Below are positions 43,202 to 54,914 of a DNA stretch of 64,000 bases, piece after piece. The stretch is from assembly GCA_045159875.1 (NCBI GenBank), contig CP067995.1, positions 2,784,001 to 2,848,000 of the forward strand. Direction: 5' to 3'. The position numbers and the translations under genes were made by a program. The notes beneath the pieces are model-generated. The model made no database searches. It saw only the letters and a list, made by a program, of their open reading frames with translations, and was not told the DNA's origin. Position 1 is the stretch's first letter. Each line of letters begins with the position of its first letter. This DNA is from a cyanobacterium endosymbiont of Rhopalodia gibba (GTDB taxonomy: Bacteria; Cyanobacteriota; Cyanobacteriia; Cyanobacteriales; Microcystaceae).

Positions 43202-46200
43202 TTAAAGTTCAATCAATTCTTTATATAAAGAATATAAGCGACGGTAATCGTAATTTTGAGCTAATTTTTTAGCGTTGAGTCCAATTTCTTGTTGTTTTTG
43301 TTGATTCTGGAGCATATCTGCTATTTGCAAAGGATAATCTGTTAAGCAGTCGCATATAATGGCTTCCTGTTGTGATTTTACAGGATAACCTCTAAAAGCA
43401 ATAGCAGTTCCTAAAATAACTTTTCCGTAAGCCATCCCCTCCATAATTTTTAAGGAAGTTCCTGTTCCTGACATAATAGGTGCAATAATCAAAGATGCTT
43501 TTTGATAGAGAAGTGATAGTATTTGATTATCAACTTTCCCCAAGGATGAAAAGTTATCTTGGTTTTCCGGTTTCCAACAACTCCCAACCACAATAAAGTG
43601 ACAATTAACATCGGGATATTCTTGAGCAAAAGATTGAGCTATTTGACGAATTTTTTTAACTCCCTCTATATTAGGAGGATGTTGGCTCCCTACGAATAAA
43701 CAAAACGGTTGAGTCAGTGATTCTAAACATTTTTTACCTAATTTTTTAAATGTTTCTTCCGGATGATCGATAAATTTATCTAAATCTAGATTGACAGGAT
43801 TAGGAATTACTTTAGCCTCTAATTTATATTTTTTGAGAAAGTCTCGATCATTCTGGGAAACACAAACTAAATGATCAGCTTGCTTGAGTCCTTCGATTTC
43901 TTCAGCTAAAGCAATTTTTCCTGGGAGAGTTGAGCTATCTAATTGTTGAGAAATAACATCATGGGCTGTTATAATCAATTTGGTCTGATATTGACGACAA
44001 ATATTAGTAACTGTTAAAGACCAAAAAGGATATTCCAATATAATTACATCAGCCCATTCTGCTATGGTTTCCATTTGGCTCATAAAGGCATTATCGAAAC
44101 GATACTGATAATAAATCCACGGTAACCAATGATTCCATTTGTCAGTGTCAGTTATTTTTTGCTTTTTATTATCAGTATCGTTTAAATTTAAAGCTTTAGA
44201 ACAAGTTTGATAAGCATTCAGATAAATATCTTTCACTAAAGAGTAATTTGTCTGAGATTTCTGATAATAAGTATAGCGGACATTATCTTTTCGAAAATCT
44301 TTTTCTTCTCCGGTTGTAAATAACCAAACTTGATATGATTCTAACTTAAGATAATCTATTAACAATCCTACTCGTTTACTAGCTCCACTTTTACGTTCTA
44401 AAATGTCTCCCCAAGGATATAGAATAGCAATTTTTTTATGGCTTTCTTGAAGCGATAAAGCTCGCTCTTTAAGCAATGAAGAGAGTATCTCATTCATTAA
44501 GCTATAATATTTATTATTTAATAATTGATTAACTTCTCCTGTTTTATCAGAAGGGAAAAGATAAATTTGAGGATTTTTTACTTTTTCTTTTATTTTTTCT
44601 AACTCATAATCATGGTGAAATACTAATACACTACATTGATTGAGTAATTGGCATTCAAGTTGATATTCAGCTAGATTAATATCTCTATAGTTGTTTAAAG
44701 CATATTGATATGATAGGATATCGTAAATTTCACAAATAATTGGAGCTTTATCTAAAGAATATTTTTCTATCAAACTCCAACTAGTAATGGAGTTAATAAA
44801 AATGAGATCAAATTGATTAGTTTCTAGTAAAGAATAAGTCTCTAAATTATATTTTTCGACTAAATCTCGTTCTAAACTTGTCTTATTTGTGTAAAAATCT
44901 TGGGTATATTGACGAGCATTAATACTTTGAGGAAGTAAATTAGGAGTTTTATAATTAAGAATGTAACTTTTAGTTAGACCAAAATCTTGATTAATGTCAG
45001 TAACTATCTGATTTAATTGACTTCTAAAACTTTCAAAATTTTCTTGTTTTCTATTCTGGCAACCGAGAAAAAATAGTCCATAAATTTTATACCCGCAACG
45101 AGATAAGTATTCAATATGTTTGAATATTAGTTTTTTTTTATTATTATGTTCTAATAAGCAATCACTTTCTATGAGTAAAAGAACTTTTAAAACTTTAGAA
45201 TCGATGATTTTTTGAGAAAGCGACTCAAGTTTTTCCATTTGAGAAATAGGGCTGAAATTTTGAGGTATAATATCCTTTTTGCTCAACAGAAATTTTACTA
45301 GATAATCCGGTGATTTTTTTTCTTTCCATCCCAGAGAAAATTGCTTAGCTGCTGCTGTAAATTGGGGTAAATTTCTAATTATTAAAATAATGCTTTTGGG
45401 AATTTCATCTAAAGTTTTATAAATACCTGCTCGTGATAAATCAACCTGTTTTGCTAACCAACTATTAGTCGGAACAACAACCGGTTTTCCAGCTGCTAAC
45501 GCTTCAGTCAATACTCCTGAGCTTCGGAAACGATAACTATCAGCATCATAGGGTAAAATCAGGAGATCTGCTTCTCCTAGAAGTTGATAATAATCATCAG
45601 GAGACATTTCCTCTTTAATTAAAGAAACTTTCTGGTTAGGATATCTTTCTAACTTAAGTTTTGCAGTAAGAATATCCCCTGATTGTTCTGTAATATTAAA
45701 GTTAGATTGTATGATAAATCTGAGCTTTCCTGGTTTAATATAATCTTTCCATAAAGCATTAACAATTTCTGGTAAATGATGATAACCTTTTTCTGAGCTT
45801 GCGTCCCCTAAGTAAACAATATTGATAGGTCTAGATGAACTTTTATTCTTGATGATACTCTTAAGTTTTTCCTGTCTAAATGGAATAGAAATTTGATAAA
45901 AAATAACGTTGCTGATAGTATTATATCTTTGAACCAGCTCTTCTGTATCTGCATAAAATTGTATTTTTTGTGGCCAAAGTTTAGATTCAAAAAATTTTTG
46001 CAAAAGTTTTTTGAATTCCATTCCCTTAGCATAAACAAATAAGGGATCTTCAATATCTCTACGTAGTAAAATATGGAATTGAGGTAGACTCAAAAAAATA
46101 TCTTTTCTTAAAAGAGAATAGACTTCCTCAACTTGTTCAATTCCAATGGTATGAATAAAGATATGATCGTCTGGAGTAACGTTTAGAGCTTTAAGTGTAT

Positions 46201-46804
46201 TTGATAAACTTTCCTGAAAACTAGTAGGTTTATGAGTTAATAAACTTATTAATTTTCTATTAATTTTAGTACTAATTAAATTAATTATAAACTTGAATAA
46301 TCCCCAAATAAGTTTACCTATTCCCAAAAGTGAATTGGATAAAGGAATAGATTGTAAAAGTCTAATATCTTTTTTGACCAAATCCCAAAGTCTCGAGGTA
46401 CTTCCTTGAACTTTTTCTAGAAAAAGTCGTAGTTTAGGTTGAGTTAAATTCCAATAAGTTAAGTGAAACTTTAAAGTCGATTCAATTTTTAGATAAAATG
46501 TTTCTAATGGTCCATCGTTTAATTTTTCTATAAATTTCTGTAAATATAATTTCCAACCTTGAAGCTTTTGAATATTAACGGGGTTGTTAAACCAGTCCAC
46601 CTCGAAAACAGAAAGTATCTTAATACTGGGATGATCTAATTCTTTAGGAAAGCTATGATTAGCAATAATAATCGGTTGATAACCCTGTCTCGCAGCTGCT
46701 TCTGCAATAGATACACTACATTCATAGTGATATCCTTGAAGATTAGATAGTGAATGGTCGATAATCAAAAACTTTTTCATAACAAACTTGATATAAAAAT
46801 CCAT
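43202..46804 (-). CDS. Large multidomain GT4-type glycosyltransferase
   Basis: YLGDA..EKG, SSGVLTEALAAGKPV, FVGSQHPPNIEG, GTGTSLKIMEGMAYG; likely start MKKFLI at 46780. Confidence 0.85.
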   Translation of the reverse strand: MDFYIKFVMKKFLIIDHSLSNLQGYHYECSVSIAEAAARQGYQPIIIANHSFPKELDHPSIKILSVFEVDWFNNPVNIQKLQGWKLYLQKFIEKLNDGPLETFYLKIESTLKFHLTYWNLTQPKLRLFLEKVQGSTSRLWDLVKKDIRLLQSIPLSNSLLGIGKLIWGLFKFIINLISTKINRKLISLLTHKPTSFQESLSNTLKALNVTPDDHIFIHTIGIEQVEEVYSLLRKDIFLSLPQFHILLRRDIEDPLFVYAKGMEFKKLLQKFFESKLWPQKIQFYADTEELVQRYNTISNVIFYQISIPFRQEKLKSIIKNKSSSRPINIVYLGDASSEKGYHHLPEIVNALWKDYIKPGKLRFIIQSNFNITEQSGDILTAKLKLERYPNQKVSLIKEEMSPDDYYQLLGEADLLILPYDADSYRFRSSGVLTEALAAGKPVVVPTNSWLAKQVDLSRAGIYKTLDEIPKSIILIIRNLPQFTAAAKQFSLGWKEKKSPDYLVKFLLSKKDIIPQNFSPISQMEKLESLSQKIIDSKVLKVLLLIESDCLLEHNNKKKLIFKHIEYLSRCGYKIYGLFFLGCQNRKQENFESFRSQLNQIVTDINQDFGLTKSYILNYKTPNLLPQSINARQYTQDFYTNKTSLERDLVEKYNLETYSLLETNQFDLIFINSITSWSLIEKYSLDKAPIICEIYDILSYQYALNNYRDINLAEYQLECQLLNQCSVLVFHHDYELEKIKEKVKNPQIYLFPSDKTGEVNQLLNNKYYSLMNEILSSLLKERALSLQESHKKIAILYPWGDILERKSGASKRVGLLIDYLKLESYQVWLFTTGEEKDFRKDNVRYTYYQKSQTNYSLVKDIYLNAYQTCSKALNLNDTDNKKQKITDTDKWNHWLPWIYYQYRFDNAFMSQMETIAEWADVIILEYPFWSLTVTNICRQYQTKLIITAHDVISQQLDSSTLPGKIALAEEIEGLKQADHLVCVSQNDRDFLKKYKLEAKVIPNPVNLDLDKFIDHPEETFKKLGKKCLESLTQPFCLFVGSQHPPNIEGVKKIRQIAQSFAQEYPDVNCHFIVVGSCWKPENQDNFSSLGKVDNQILSLLYQKASLIIAPIMSGTGTSLKIMEGMAYGKVILGTAIAFRGYPVKSQQEAIICDCLTDYPLQIADMLQNQQKQQEIGLNAKKLAQNYDYRRLYSLYKELIEL

Positions 46805-46883
46805 AACGACAAAATCTCTCTATGTTATAAACGATTAGCGAGATAGTATCTTAATTAGGAACTAGGACTTAACAGGCACTACC

Positions 46884-47592
46884 CTAAATAACATGTTGAA
46901 CAAAGTCTGTAATAGTAATATCGACTGCAGTAGTGTTTAATACTCTGACAACAGTATTCTCACCAGAGACAATATCAACATTATTTCTCTGTTGCTCAAT
47001 CCGGTTACAGCGCTAAAAGTAATATCATCAAATAAATCAGTAGCATCTTTAAAATCAGTATCAGTAATAGTGTCAAACTGATCTGTGCCTGCAACAGTTT
47101 GCACGATAAAGACATCTAAACCATTCATTGCCACCAGTTAGTTCGTTATCACTAGCTCCTTACCACCGAGCAGGAGATTAGCACTTTTATCGGTGGTAGG
47201 GATATATGTTCTAACACCACCGACGAGGGAATCATTGTCTGCACCATCATTAATATCATCATTCCTATTGCCATCAATGAGAAAGTCTTCACCGCTCTCT
47301 CCAGAAATTGTATCAATACCATCACCTCCATAGATTTTATCGACATCAGTACCAGCACTTAAGGAGTCTTGACTTGTTAAACCTTGGATAGTGTCATTCC
47401 CGCTACCACCGGTTCAAAAGTTATCACTAGTGCTTCTTTCCTAAGAATAAGTCCGCACCATCACCGCCATTGAGAGTATTATTGCCAGCTGTACTAAGGA
47501 GTAAGTCCTCAGTCTCTAAGCCCCTGATTTAGATCGTTCTCTTGAGTGCCAGTTAGGGTATCATTTCCGGTAGTTCCAAGAAATTCAGCTAT
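46884..47592 (-). pseudogene. RTX/hemolysin-type Ca-binding protein pseudogene
   Basis: GTTGNDTLTG, AGNNTLNGGDGAD, GGSGNDTIQG, IYGGDGIDTISG nonapeptides and DTITD..F; start ATA, stops and frameshifts. Confidence 0.85.
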
Positions 47593-47671
47593 AATCCGTC
47601 AAATAAATAATTTTATTATGTATTTTAAGTATTGAGTTTAAAACTTTTAACCATCTTGAGAGATTGTAGAC

Positions 47672-48553
47672 TAAGTAAGTGGATATAAATAAATTTTTAA
47701 AAACCTTTGAAAAAGCAAATTATTGTGTATCTCCATGGTCTAAGTAATGGGAATTAAATTGATGTTGTTTTAATTAATGTTTTTTAGAGCAATTTATTGA
47801 ATGAATACTTTCTTTGACTATCTTAGCTAAGAGAAACATTATTACAGTAATCTTGTGAGCTTTTATTTCGACTCCGTTTCTCTGGCATCATATCAAGTTC
47901 TGAACTATACGTTAGTAGGACATGTAGATATGATTTTACCTTGTTTGTATTAAGCTTTAACTAAACTCTTTGACTAAATCATTTCAATCATTTCTATGCA
48001 CTGAATTCTTGTAAAGAACGATGATCGTATCTATTTTTTTTTCTTTGTCTGAAGGAATACTTTTGTAGTTGTTTTTTTAAGGATGGATTAATAAATTCTC
48101 TTTCTTACTATTATTTATTATTGTTTTTAACTTTCTATTGTAAAAACAATACAGATTTTTTGGGGATATAATTGACCTCTTTGAAAAAAATTAGATAATT
48201 ATTGACTACTATTTAATTTTTTTATCCTATTCTAATATATTTTTAGGATTAAGATGTTTTATCTTTGAAGTTATTTTTCTATTAATTTTTATAAAAAATG
48301 ACAGCTTATAGTCTACTTAACTAATTTATATATAAATTAATTGTATAATTTTATTTATTGATAACTATACATTTTTATTTATCTTTTAAGTTAGATCTAC
48401 TTTTAAAAGTAAAAACATTATTTTCACTTTTGTTATCGTTCTAGAGACAATTTTTAGATGCAAACAAACAAGTCAACTTTAATGGTTAACGTCTAGTGCT
48501 TAGACGAGAGTGAGCATGTTTGTATTCTATGCTTCTTTAAGCTCACCTACTTA
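47672..48553 (-). mobile_element. Decayed IS630-family element
   Basis: TA-flanked termini (TAAGTAGGTGAGCTT at 48553 on the minus strand; TAAGTAAGTGGAT at 47672); minus-strand DTIIVLYKNSVH, TYSSELDM and EIKAHK resemble the DDE_3 motifs. Confidence 0.6.
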
Positions 48554-49033
48554 TGCAATTTTGAGCTAGTCCAATACATAGTGATCGCTTTATCCATTTC
48601 AGATAAAATATTGCATTCAATGTGTAGTATATTGGCACAATTTCCAGATATTTTTGATAATTTTTGTATTAAAGAATGATTGCTTTGTTAACTTAATGTC
48701 AGATTTTTAAGTTCGGTATTTTCCCTTGACGTTTTTAGTGATAGTTACCAGAATTGTGATAATAATACCAATCTTTAGCCTAAAAAATTAAACTTTTACT
48801 TGGAAAAAAATTTCTGACTAAACTAGTATAATTAGTCGATATTCCATTTGGCAAACTTTTTTAAAAAAGAGTTCCGTTCGAGAAAAAACCTAGGTTTAAA
48901 ACCACTTGTAAAGTGGTAGCAATCGATGAAGTATCAACTAACTTTAAGGCAGCATAATCAAGTTTTTTTTAAAGAATCACTGTATCTTTTAGCATGGGGA
49001 GTATGTCAAAACCAATTAGAGGTTAATGTTATT

Positions 49034-49297
49034 GTGAATTCTCAACATCGACCACAAACCATCGCTTATGTCCGCATTACTCAGCAGTCTTGGCAACATG
49101 GACAAATTGAGGGGGAAGTTAGGGCTTCTCAGTATGAATGGCAATTTAAATGGTGCTTTCAGCGAGGTCGTTTATGGGTTTACCCAACCTTAGGACGAGC
49201 TTTAATTTATGAACCTTTGGGGCGTTTTTTAGAAAATTATGACTATCAACTGGAATTAGGAGAGGACTATCAATTTACAGTGCGGGCTGAACTTTAA
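49034..49297 (+). CDS. DUF3146 family protein
   Basis: PQTIAYVRITQQSWQHG.IEGEV.A, PTLGRALI.EPLGRFLE, DYQLE; GTG start behind AGAGG. Confidence 0.85.
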   Translation: MNSQHRPQTIAYVRITQQSWQHGQIEGEVRASQYEWQFKWCFQRGRLWVYPTLGRALIYEPLGRFLENYDYQLELGEDYQFTVRAEL

Positions 49298-49852
49298 TCC
49301 TAATCACCGGCAAAAAAATTATCAGAAAAACTTTCAATTAATCTAAATTAAAGTTTAAAAAACACTATTATCTTTTAGACTAAAAATGTTTATCTTTAAA
49401 TAAACAATAATGAGTTTACAATGTCTTTGTCATAGTCTTACAGTGTGGTTGTGGTTTTTATTACAGGAACAATACCTATGAATACTCAAGCGAAGCAAGC
49501 AACGATAACTGCCTAAAAATACCGGTATAAAAGGCTTAAAATAGCACAAGTTACTTTTACCAAGTTTACTAAGAACTTTAGCCAATACGGAATACAAAAT
49601 CTATTGCTACACTCTGCTATTTGTGGACTAGGACAGACGGACTGTTAGGCAAATGTTACCACTGCAGTATGATCTAATATCTTGCGGTAGCAATGGTGCT
49701 GTAATCTAGTTTTTTGAGTACGGATACTTTCTTTTTTAAAAACAACAAAATTCTCTGTTTTTTAGAATTAGATAATGGCGACAGTAACTCTTATTACGAC
49801 GATAATTATATGTTAGCCGTTATCAATCCTTGAGTATCATAAATGGGTTTTC

Positions 49853-50860
49853 TTACTCAACATTCAATTTTTTAGAGCCTAATTGAGAAGACTGGTAAGC
49901 AACATTAGCAACTTGCAGGGCATAAAGACTTGATTGTGGCTCAACATAAAGAGGAGTTTCTTTGAACAAATGATCTAAAATCTGTTTAGTATCTTGGGCA
50001 AATAAACCGTAACGACTGCCTAATTCAATGGTTTTAGTACCTTCTTCCGTAATTATTGTCCCTAAATTACCGACAAATTTTAAGGTTCCACGACTTCCAT
50101 ATAATTCAAACATTCGTTCACTTTTCCAAAATACCTCTCCTTTGCTATACATTAAGTCAACCTTTAACTGATTATTAAACTCTAATTGAGTATTGCATAA
50201 ACAAGCTGTAAAATATTCCTCTTCCGGAGCATCCCAATAGCGAATGTGAGAGAATACACTATGTACTGTGCCAAATAAGTCAGTAAAGCGATGAATATGA
50301 GGTAGAGCAGCTATCATGGGAAAGCCAAACATCTCTCGATGATAAGTCCAACGGCGTGGAGCTGGTTTTTGAGAGGTGGTTGTTGCATAACGAGCATAAA
50401 AGACTTGACCTAATTGGGAAAGATATTGACGAGTTTTTTGATGCATTTCCCCCAAGAGTTCAATATGTTCGATGTGTAAAAGTTTTTCTTGTTGAATGGC
50501 TAAGGATAATAACTCAGCTCCTTCAGTAAAATTGAGAGCTAAGGGATATTCTAAAATTACATGTTTTCCAGTTTTGAGGGCCGTGCGAGCGATCACGGCA
50601 TGATCTCGGTTAATTGTACAAATAACTACTAAGTCAACTTCTTGATGCCTAATCAGTGTTTGCCAAGACTCACAAGTAGAAATATCGTAGGTTCGTCCAA
50701 AAGTAGTTACTCTGTCGGGAGTATGCCCTGTGACACAACACAGTTGTGATCGCTCGTCTTGAAGAAAGGTTTCTGCTCGTCTCTGGGCAGCATATCCTGT
50801 CCCAATAATACCAACTTTTATGGGCTGTGAGAGAGAATATATCTTCTTCATTGAGTTCAT
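49853..50860 (-). CDS. bvdR: Biliverdin reductase (Gfo/Idh/MocA fold)
   Basis: VGIIGTGYAAQRRAE, GKHVILEYPLAL, LHIEHIELLG, RWTY, RFTDLFG closely follow the recalled Synechocystis BvdR sequence. Confidence 0.85.
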   Translation of the reverse strand: MNSMKKIYSLSQPIKVGIIGTGYAAQRRAETFLQDERSQLCCVTGHTPDRVTTFGRTYDISTCESWQTLIRHQEVDLVVICTINRDHAVIARTALKTGKHVILEYPLALNFTEGAELLSLAIQQEKLLHIEHIELLGEMHQKTRQYLSQLGQVFYARYATTTSQKPAPRRWTYHREMFGFPMIAALPHIHRFTDLFGTVHSVFSHIRYWDAPEEEYFTACLCNTQLEFNNQLKVDLMYSKGEVFWKSERMFELYGSRGTLKFVGNLGTIITEEGTKTIELGSRYGLFAQDTKQILDHLFKETPLYVEPQSSLYALQVANVAYQSSQLGSKKLNVE

Positions 50861-51167
50861 CGTCTATTGATTACTAGATTAATTAGTACGTTATTTCTAA
50901 ATACGGAGCACCAGTCATAATCATAACTATAGTTAATAGTAAATGATCAAAGATTTTTGTAGAATAGTTTTCCGATACAAAATTTATGAAATCTAAATCA
51001 CTTTGAAGACAAGATAATAAAAAATTCCTATTTAGTTTAGATTATGATGGCTTTCTCTCCTGATAAAACATAAGAAAAACTTATGTCAAGTTTGTTTGAA
51101 AATCTCATTACTAATCCTTTCCTAACTCTGGTTCTTTTTCCCTTAGTATCAAAGATGAGACTTGTAA

Positions 51168-51524
<357 letters not shown>

Positions 51525-51579
51525 CTCTTCAACCCAGAGTCCGACACCCATTAATTTTGATTATAATTGAGTACGGTTC

Positions 51580-51612
51580 AGCAGGGATATGTTGTGATTT
51601 TATCCCTGCTTT
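51580..51612 (+). terminator. Intrinsic terminator of petF
   Basis: agcagggata-N11-tatccctgct followed by a T-rich tract. Confidence 0.65.
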
Positions 51613-51909
51613 ATCATTTTTTTCATTTACCGTCAATTTTGTCATGAATAGTAAATCAATTTATAAAAAACTACCAAATAACTGATCAAGACAGGGCAAG
51701 AGCTTTGATAAAAGTTAGCTTCTGAGATTAGTCGTCGCTATTTCTTAATAATTGCTTATCATCAATTTTACCTTGTTAATTACGAGGCAGGTACTCAACA
51801 CAAATCCGACATTTTAGCTGTTTAAGTTGACTCAATTACTCTTTACTCTTTACTTTAATAGCTGTATGAATAGTTCGCTGAGATATGAAAGAGAGAGAAG
51901 AATATACAA

Positions 51910-51958
51910 AGCAGTCATTGGTATTCCTCATTTATCATGAGGAATACCAATGACTGCT
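51910..51958. repeat. Perfect inverted repeat, 22-bp arms, 5-nt spacer
   Basis: agcagtcattggtattcctcat-ttatc-atgaggaataccaatgactgct. Confidence 0.95.
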
Positions 51959-53414
51959 ACGTCTTTAACTAATACTGTAGCTAAAATTATTTGTTCTACT
52001 TCGGTAGAAAATACATTCTCTCTTTATGTAATAATTTTTTGACTGTTTCTACCAATACGGCATAAGTAATTATAACCATCGAAATAGTCTAAGTCATCGA
52101 TTATTATCTCTGTTTGCTGTTTAACTTGAGAATAGTAACTTAAAAATAAAGCTCGAAGTTTAATCTTAATAGTCCCTGTTTGAGCAGTCTGTTTATTCTC
52201 TAAAGAGGTTTTAAGTTTGAATAAACAATCATCTCCGCATGGGTTAAAGTCTTTCCTATACTTTTATTTACTTAAAGAAAATCTTGAGTTTTAAGGGTGA
52301 CAATTTGAGAAGCTGCTTAAGTCATTCTATAAATAGCATCCTATAAGGAGGTACTATGTTAGCAGTAGTATTTTTTGGATCTTAGTATTTATTATCTTCT
52401 CTCTAGAATTAGATGTTATTTGATAAAATATGGGTTATTTTGTTTTTTAAATAAATGTTTATCTGAATAGATTTATACATACGTTAATAGTTATTTAATA
52501 AAATATTTAACCGATCCTCATTATTATCATCAAACCAGTCATTAATCCAAAATAAAATATAGGGATTTCTAGTGATTAATTCTTTAGCTAAATTTACAAT
52601 ATGTTTTTGACACATTTTTGTATTAAAAAAAATTACTGGTTTCACTACAAAATTTTTTGCTCATTCTTTTTAAGAAAAATATTCTAATTGAACTAAATCT
52701 AAGGCGGATTTACCCAAAGCTAAAGGAGTCAAGTGAACAGAATACAATTATACTATCATGCCAAATATTTAAAAATAGTAGAAGCCGTTAAATAAATTCA
52801 ACAATATCTATAACAATATCTAATCTATCAATAACATCAAGCCACAGCTTAGCTTATAATAAACTCAATTCATTATTAACATCTAATCGTCAATTAACTC
52901 CTCTCAATAAGACATCAATAAAACTCTCAAAAATATAATTTATACCTCGATACTACCAACTTAAATTTTGCATTTAATTTTTTTTAAATTTTTTAAAATC
53001 TTGACTATAAAACAACTGCTATCTCTCTAAAGCAGACTTTTATATTGGTGATCAATAACAATATTGAATCCTTTTCTCTCTTCTACACTCTGTGTGAAAT
53101 AAAATTAACTCCTATCAAGCTGATTAAAAGCCAAACTGATATCCTAAAAAACTGCCAGGGATACCTTTAATGTAATCTACACTTAAATTACCATCTACAC
53201 CCTGAAAAAACTTCAAAGCTTATTTAAAAATTAATTGATTAAACCAAGATAAAGAAACGATTTCTCTTCAACCAATGCCACCAATTTTATCGTTCAAAAG
53301 AAAAAGAATAATAATCTCTTTCACTTTTCATAAACTCCATGGCTAGTTTTTAACGGTTAGTAAAAATTACAAAAATAGCAACTTAAAATAGATAAAATAG
53401 ACCATAATAAATAA

Positions 53415-54914
53415 TTAATTTTGGAACCAACTAACATCAAGATAATTGATTTTTGCATATGGTTCTAAAGCTGTTAAAATTTGACTACCATAACTTCGAC
53501 AATTGACTCGATTATCCAATAAAGCTACCACGCCTTGACATTCCCGTAACGGCATTACCACCCGTTGAATTATTTTCATAGCTGTCGGCAAAAGATAGAA
53601 ACGAAACCAATCTTTATGTTGTTTTTTATAACAGCCAACACGGGCAGCTACTAAAGGATTTTCTAAAGAAGGAATTGGCAGAGTCGCCATCACTAACAGT
53701 TGAGGTATGGGCAATTCTTCATGATTATGATGCCAAAAGTCCCAACCACTAATTAGAATTCCATTATTAGTAATTTTAGTTTTTTCCACTTGTACCCGCG
53801 ATCCCAATTCAGCGGCTAAAGCTGTTCCAACCTGTACTTTTAAGGGCATATCATCAATTAGAATGACAATCAGTTGTGAACGATGACAACATAAACTAAT
53901 AAGACGACGAACTTGGTCAAGCATTACTCCTTGAAATTCAGGTGTATTTGGCATGGGTAAACGATCACGAATATACAATTTAATAAATTCATTTTGTCGA
54001 TTGGGAGAGAATTTAAGACACAAAACATCATCTTTTAATCCAATGCTATCACGGTAAGTTATTGCAGTTTTATCCCCATCGATAAATCCCCCCATCAAAA
54101 CAACAGAAGATGTTTGCCAAATTGACTCTAAGATAGAACCTACTTCCAAGGGACTACTATGAAGGGAAAAATCCTGATTTTCATGATCTATAGAAGCCCA
54201 AAGCAATTGACTTTTTGCTGACATTTTCTTCCAGAATTGTTTAAAGGATGAGTCCCCTGTAAGTACTTCTCCTAAATGTTGCAGAGTCTTATATTCCTCT
54301 TGGGTTAAGAGATAACATTGATAGGGATTAGTAGAACGGCTTAGAATCTTTTTTGCAAGATAAAAACGCACCTCTTGAATTAAATTGCCATAGGCCGAGT
54401 AGTTTTTTTGTAATTCTTGCCAATGGTGAGGTTTAAGGGTGCTAGTAAAGTATTCCCTTGTCCAGTCTTCTAATTCATCAGCATTATCGATTAAAGTAGG
54501 AATTTCAAGGGAAAAATAGCTTTTTTTTTCCAGGTGAGCACTTAACCAAGTTTGGGGGGAGACCATTAATATTCCTCGAAAATTATCCCAAGTTAATCTC
54601 TCATCTTCTGTATGAATGACTTGATCAGTTTGTAACCACTCTTGTAGTTTAGGAATAATTCCGGTTAATAATTTTCTTTGAAGTGCGGACGAGGCAACTA
54701 ATAAAACAGGGCGATCACTCAGTAATGCTGGCATTAAATAACTACATCCATAACGGGATACTGTACTCCCAGTTTGAATAATTGCTGAACGTCCCAAGCG
54801 CAAACCCCTTGAGACTAATCTTGCCATGGTTAGATGGTGATCCCATAAAGGCAGTCCTTGCTGGCGTAAAAACGCTCGCAGTGAGGCATGGACTTCTGCT
54901 TCAAGTAGGGTCAT
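53415..54914 (-). CDS. Cyanobacterial DinG-like helicase C-terminal-domain protein
   Basis: EAEVHASLRAFLR..WDHHLTMARLV, ATLPIPSLENPLVAARV, VALLDNRV..RSYG. Confidence 0.8.
   Translation of the reverse strand: MTLLEAEVHASLRAFLRQQGLPLWDHHLTMARLVSRGLRLGRSAIIQTGSTVSRYGCSYLMPALLSDRPVLLVASSALQRKLLTGIIPKLQEWLQTDQVIHTEDERLTWDNFRGILMVSPQTWLSAHLEKKSYFSLEIPTLIDNADELEDWTREYFTSTLKPHHWQELQKNYSAYGNLIQEVRFYLAKKILSRSTNPYQCYLLTQEEYKTLQHLGEVLTGDSSFKQFWKKMSAKSQLLWASIDHENQDFSLHSSPLEVGSILESIWQTSSVVLMGGFIDGDKTAITYRDSIGLKDDVLCLKFSPNRQNEFIKLYIRDRLPMPNTPEFQGVMLDQVRRLISLCCHRSQLIVILIDDMPLKVQVGTALAAELGSRVQVEKTKITNNGILISGWDFWHHNHEELPIPQLLVMATLPIPSLENPLVAARVGCYKKQHKDWFRFYLLPTAMKIIQRVVMPLRECQGVVALLDNRVNCRSYGSQILTALEPYAKINYLDVSWFQN

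Noticed and set aside
26510..46053. Short ORFs 26510, 30757, 31981, 33806, 34031, 35161, 37151, 38153, 38414, 39855, 41736, 45808
   Set aside because: Alternate-frame or antisense shadows of longer well-supported genes; no GtrA-like sequence found in 26424-26700
20214..47600. Glycosylation cluster as a tRNA-Leu-integrated genomic island
   Set aside because: No integrase and no duplicated tRNA 3' end (att site) seen at the far boundary
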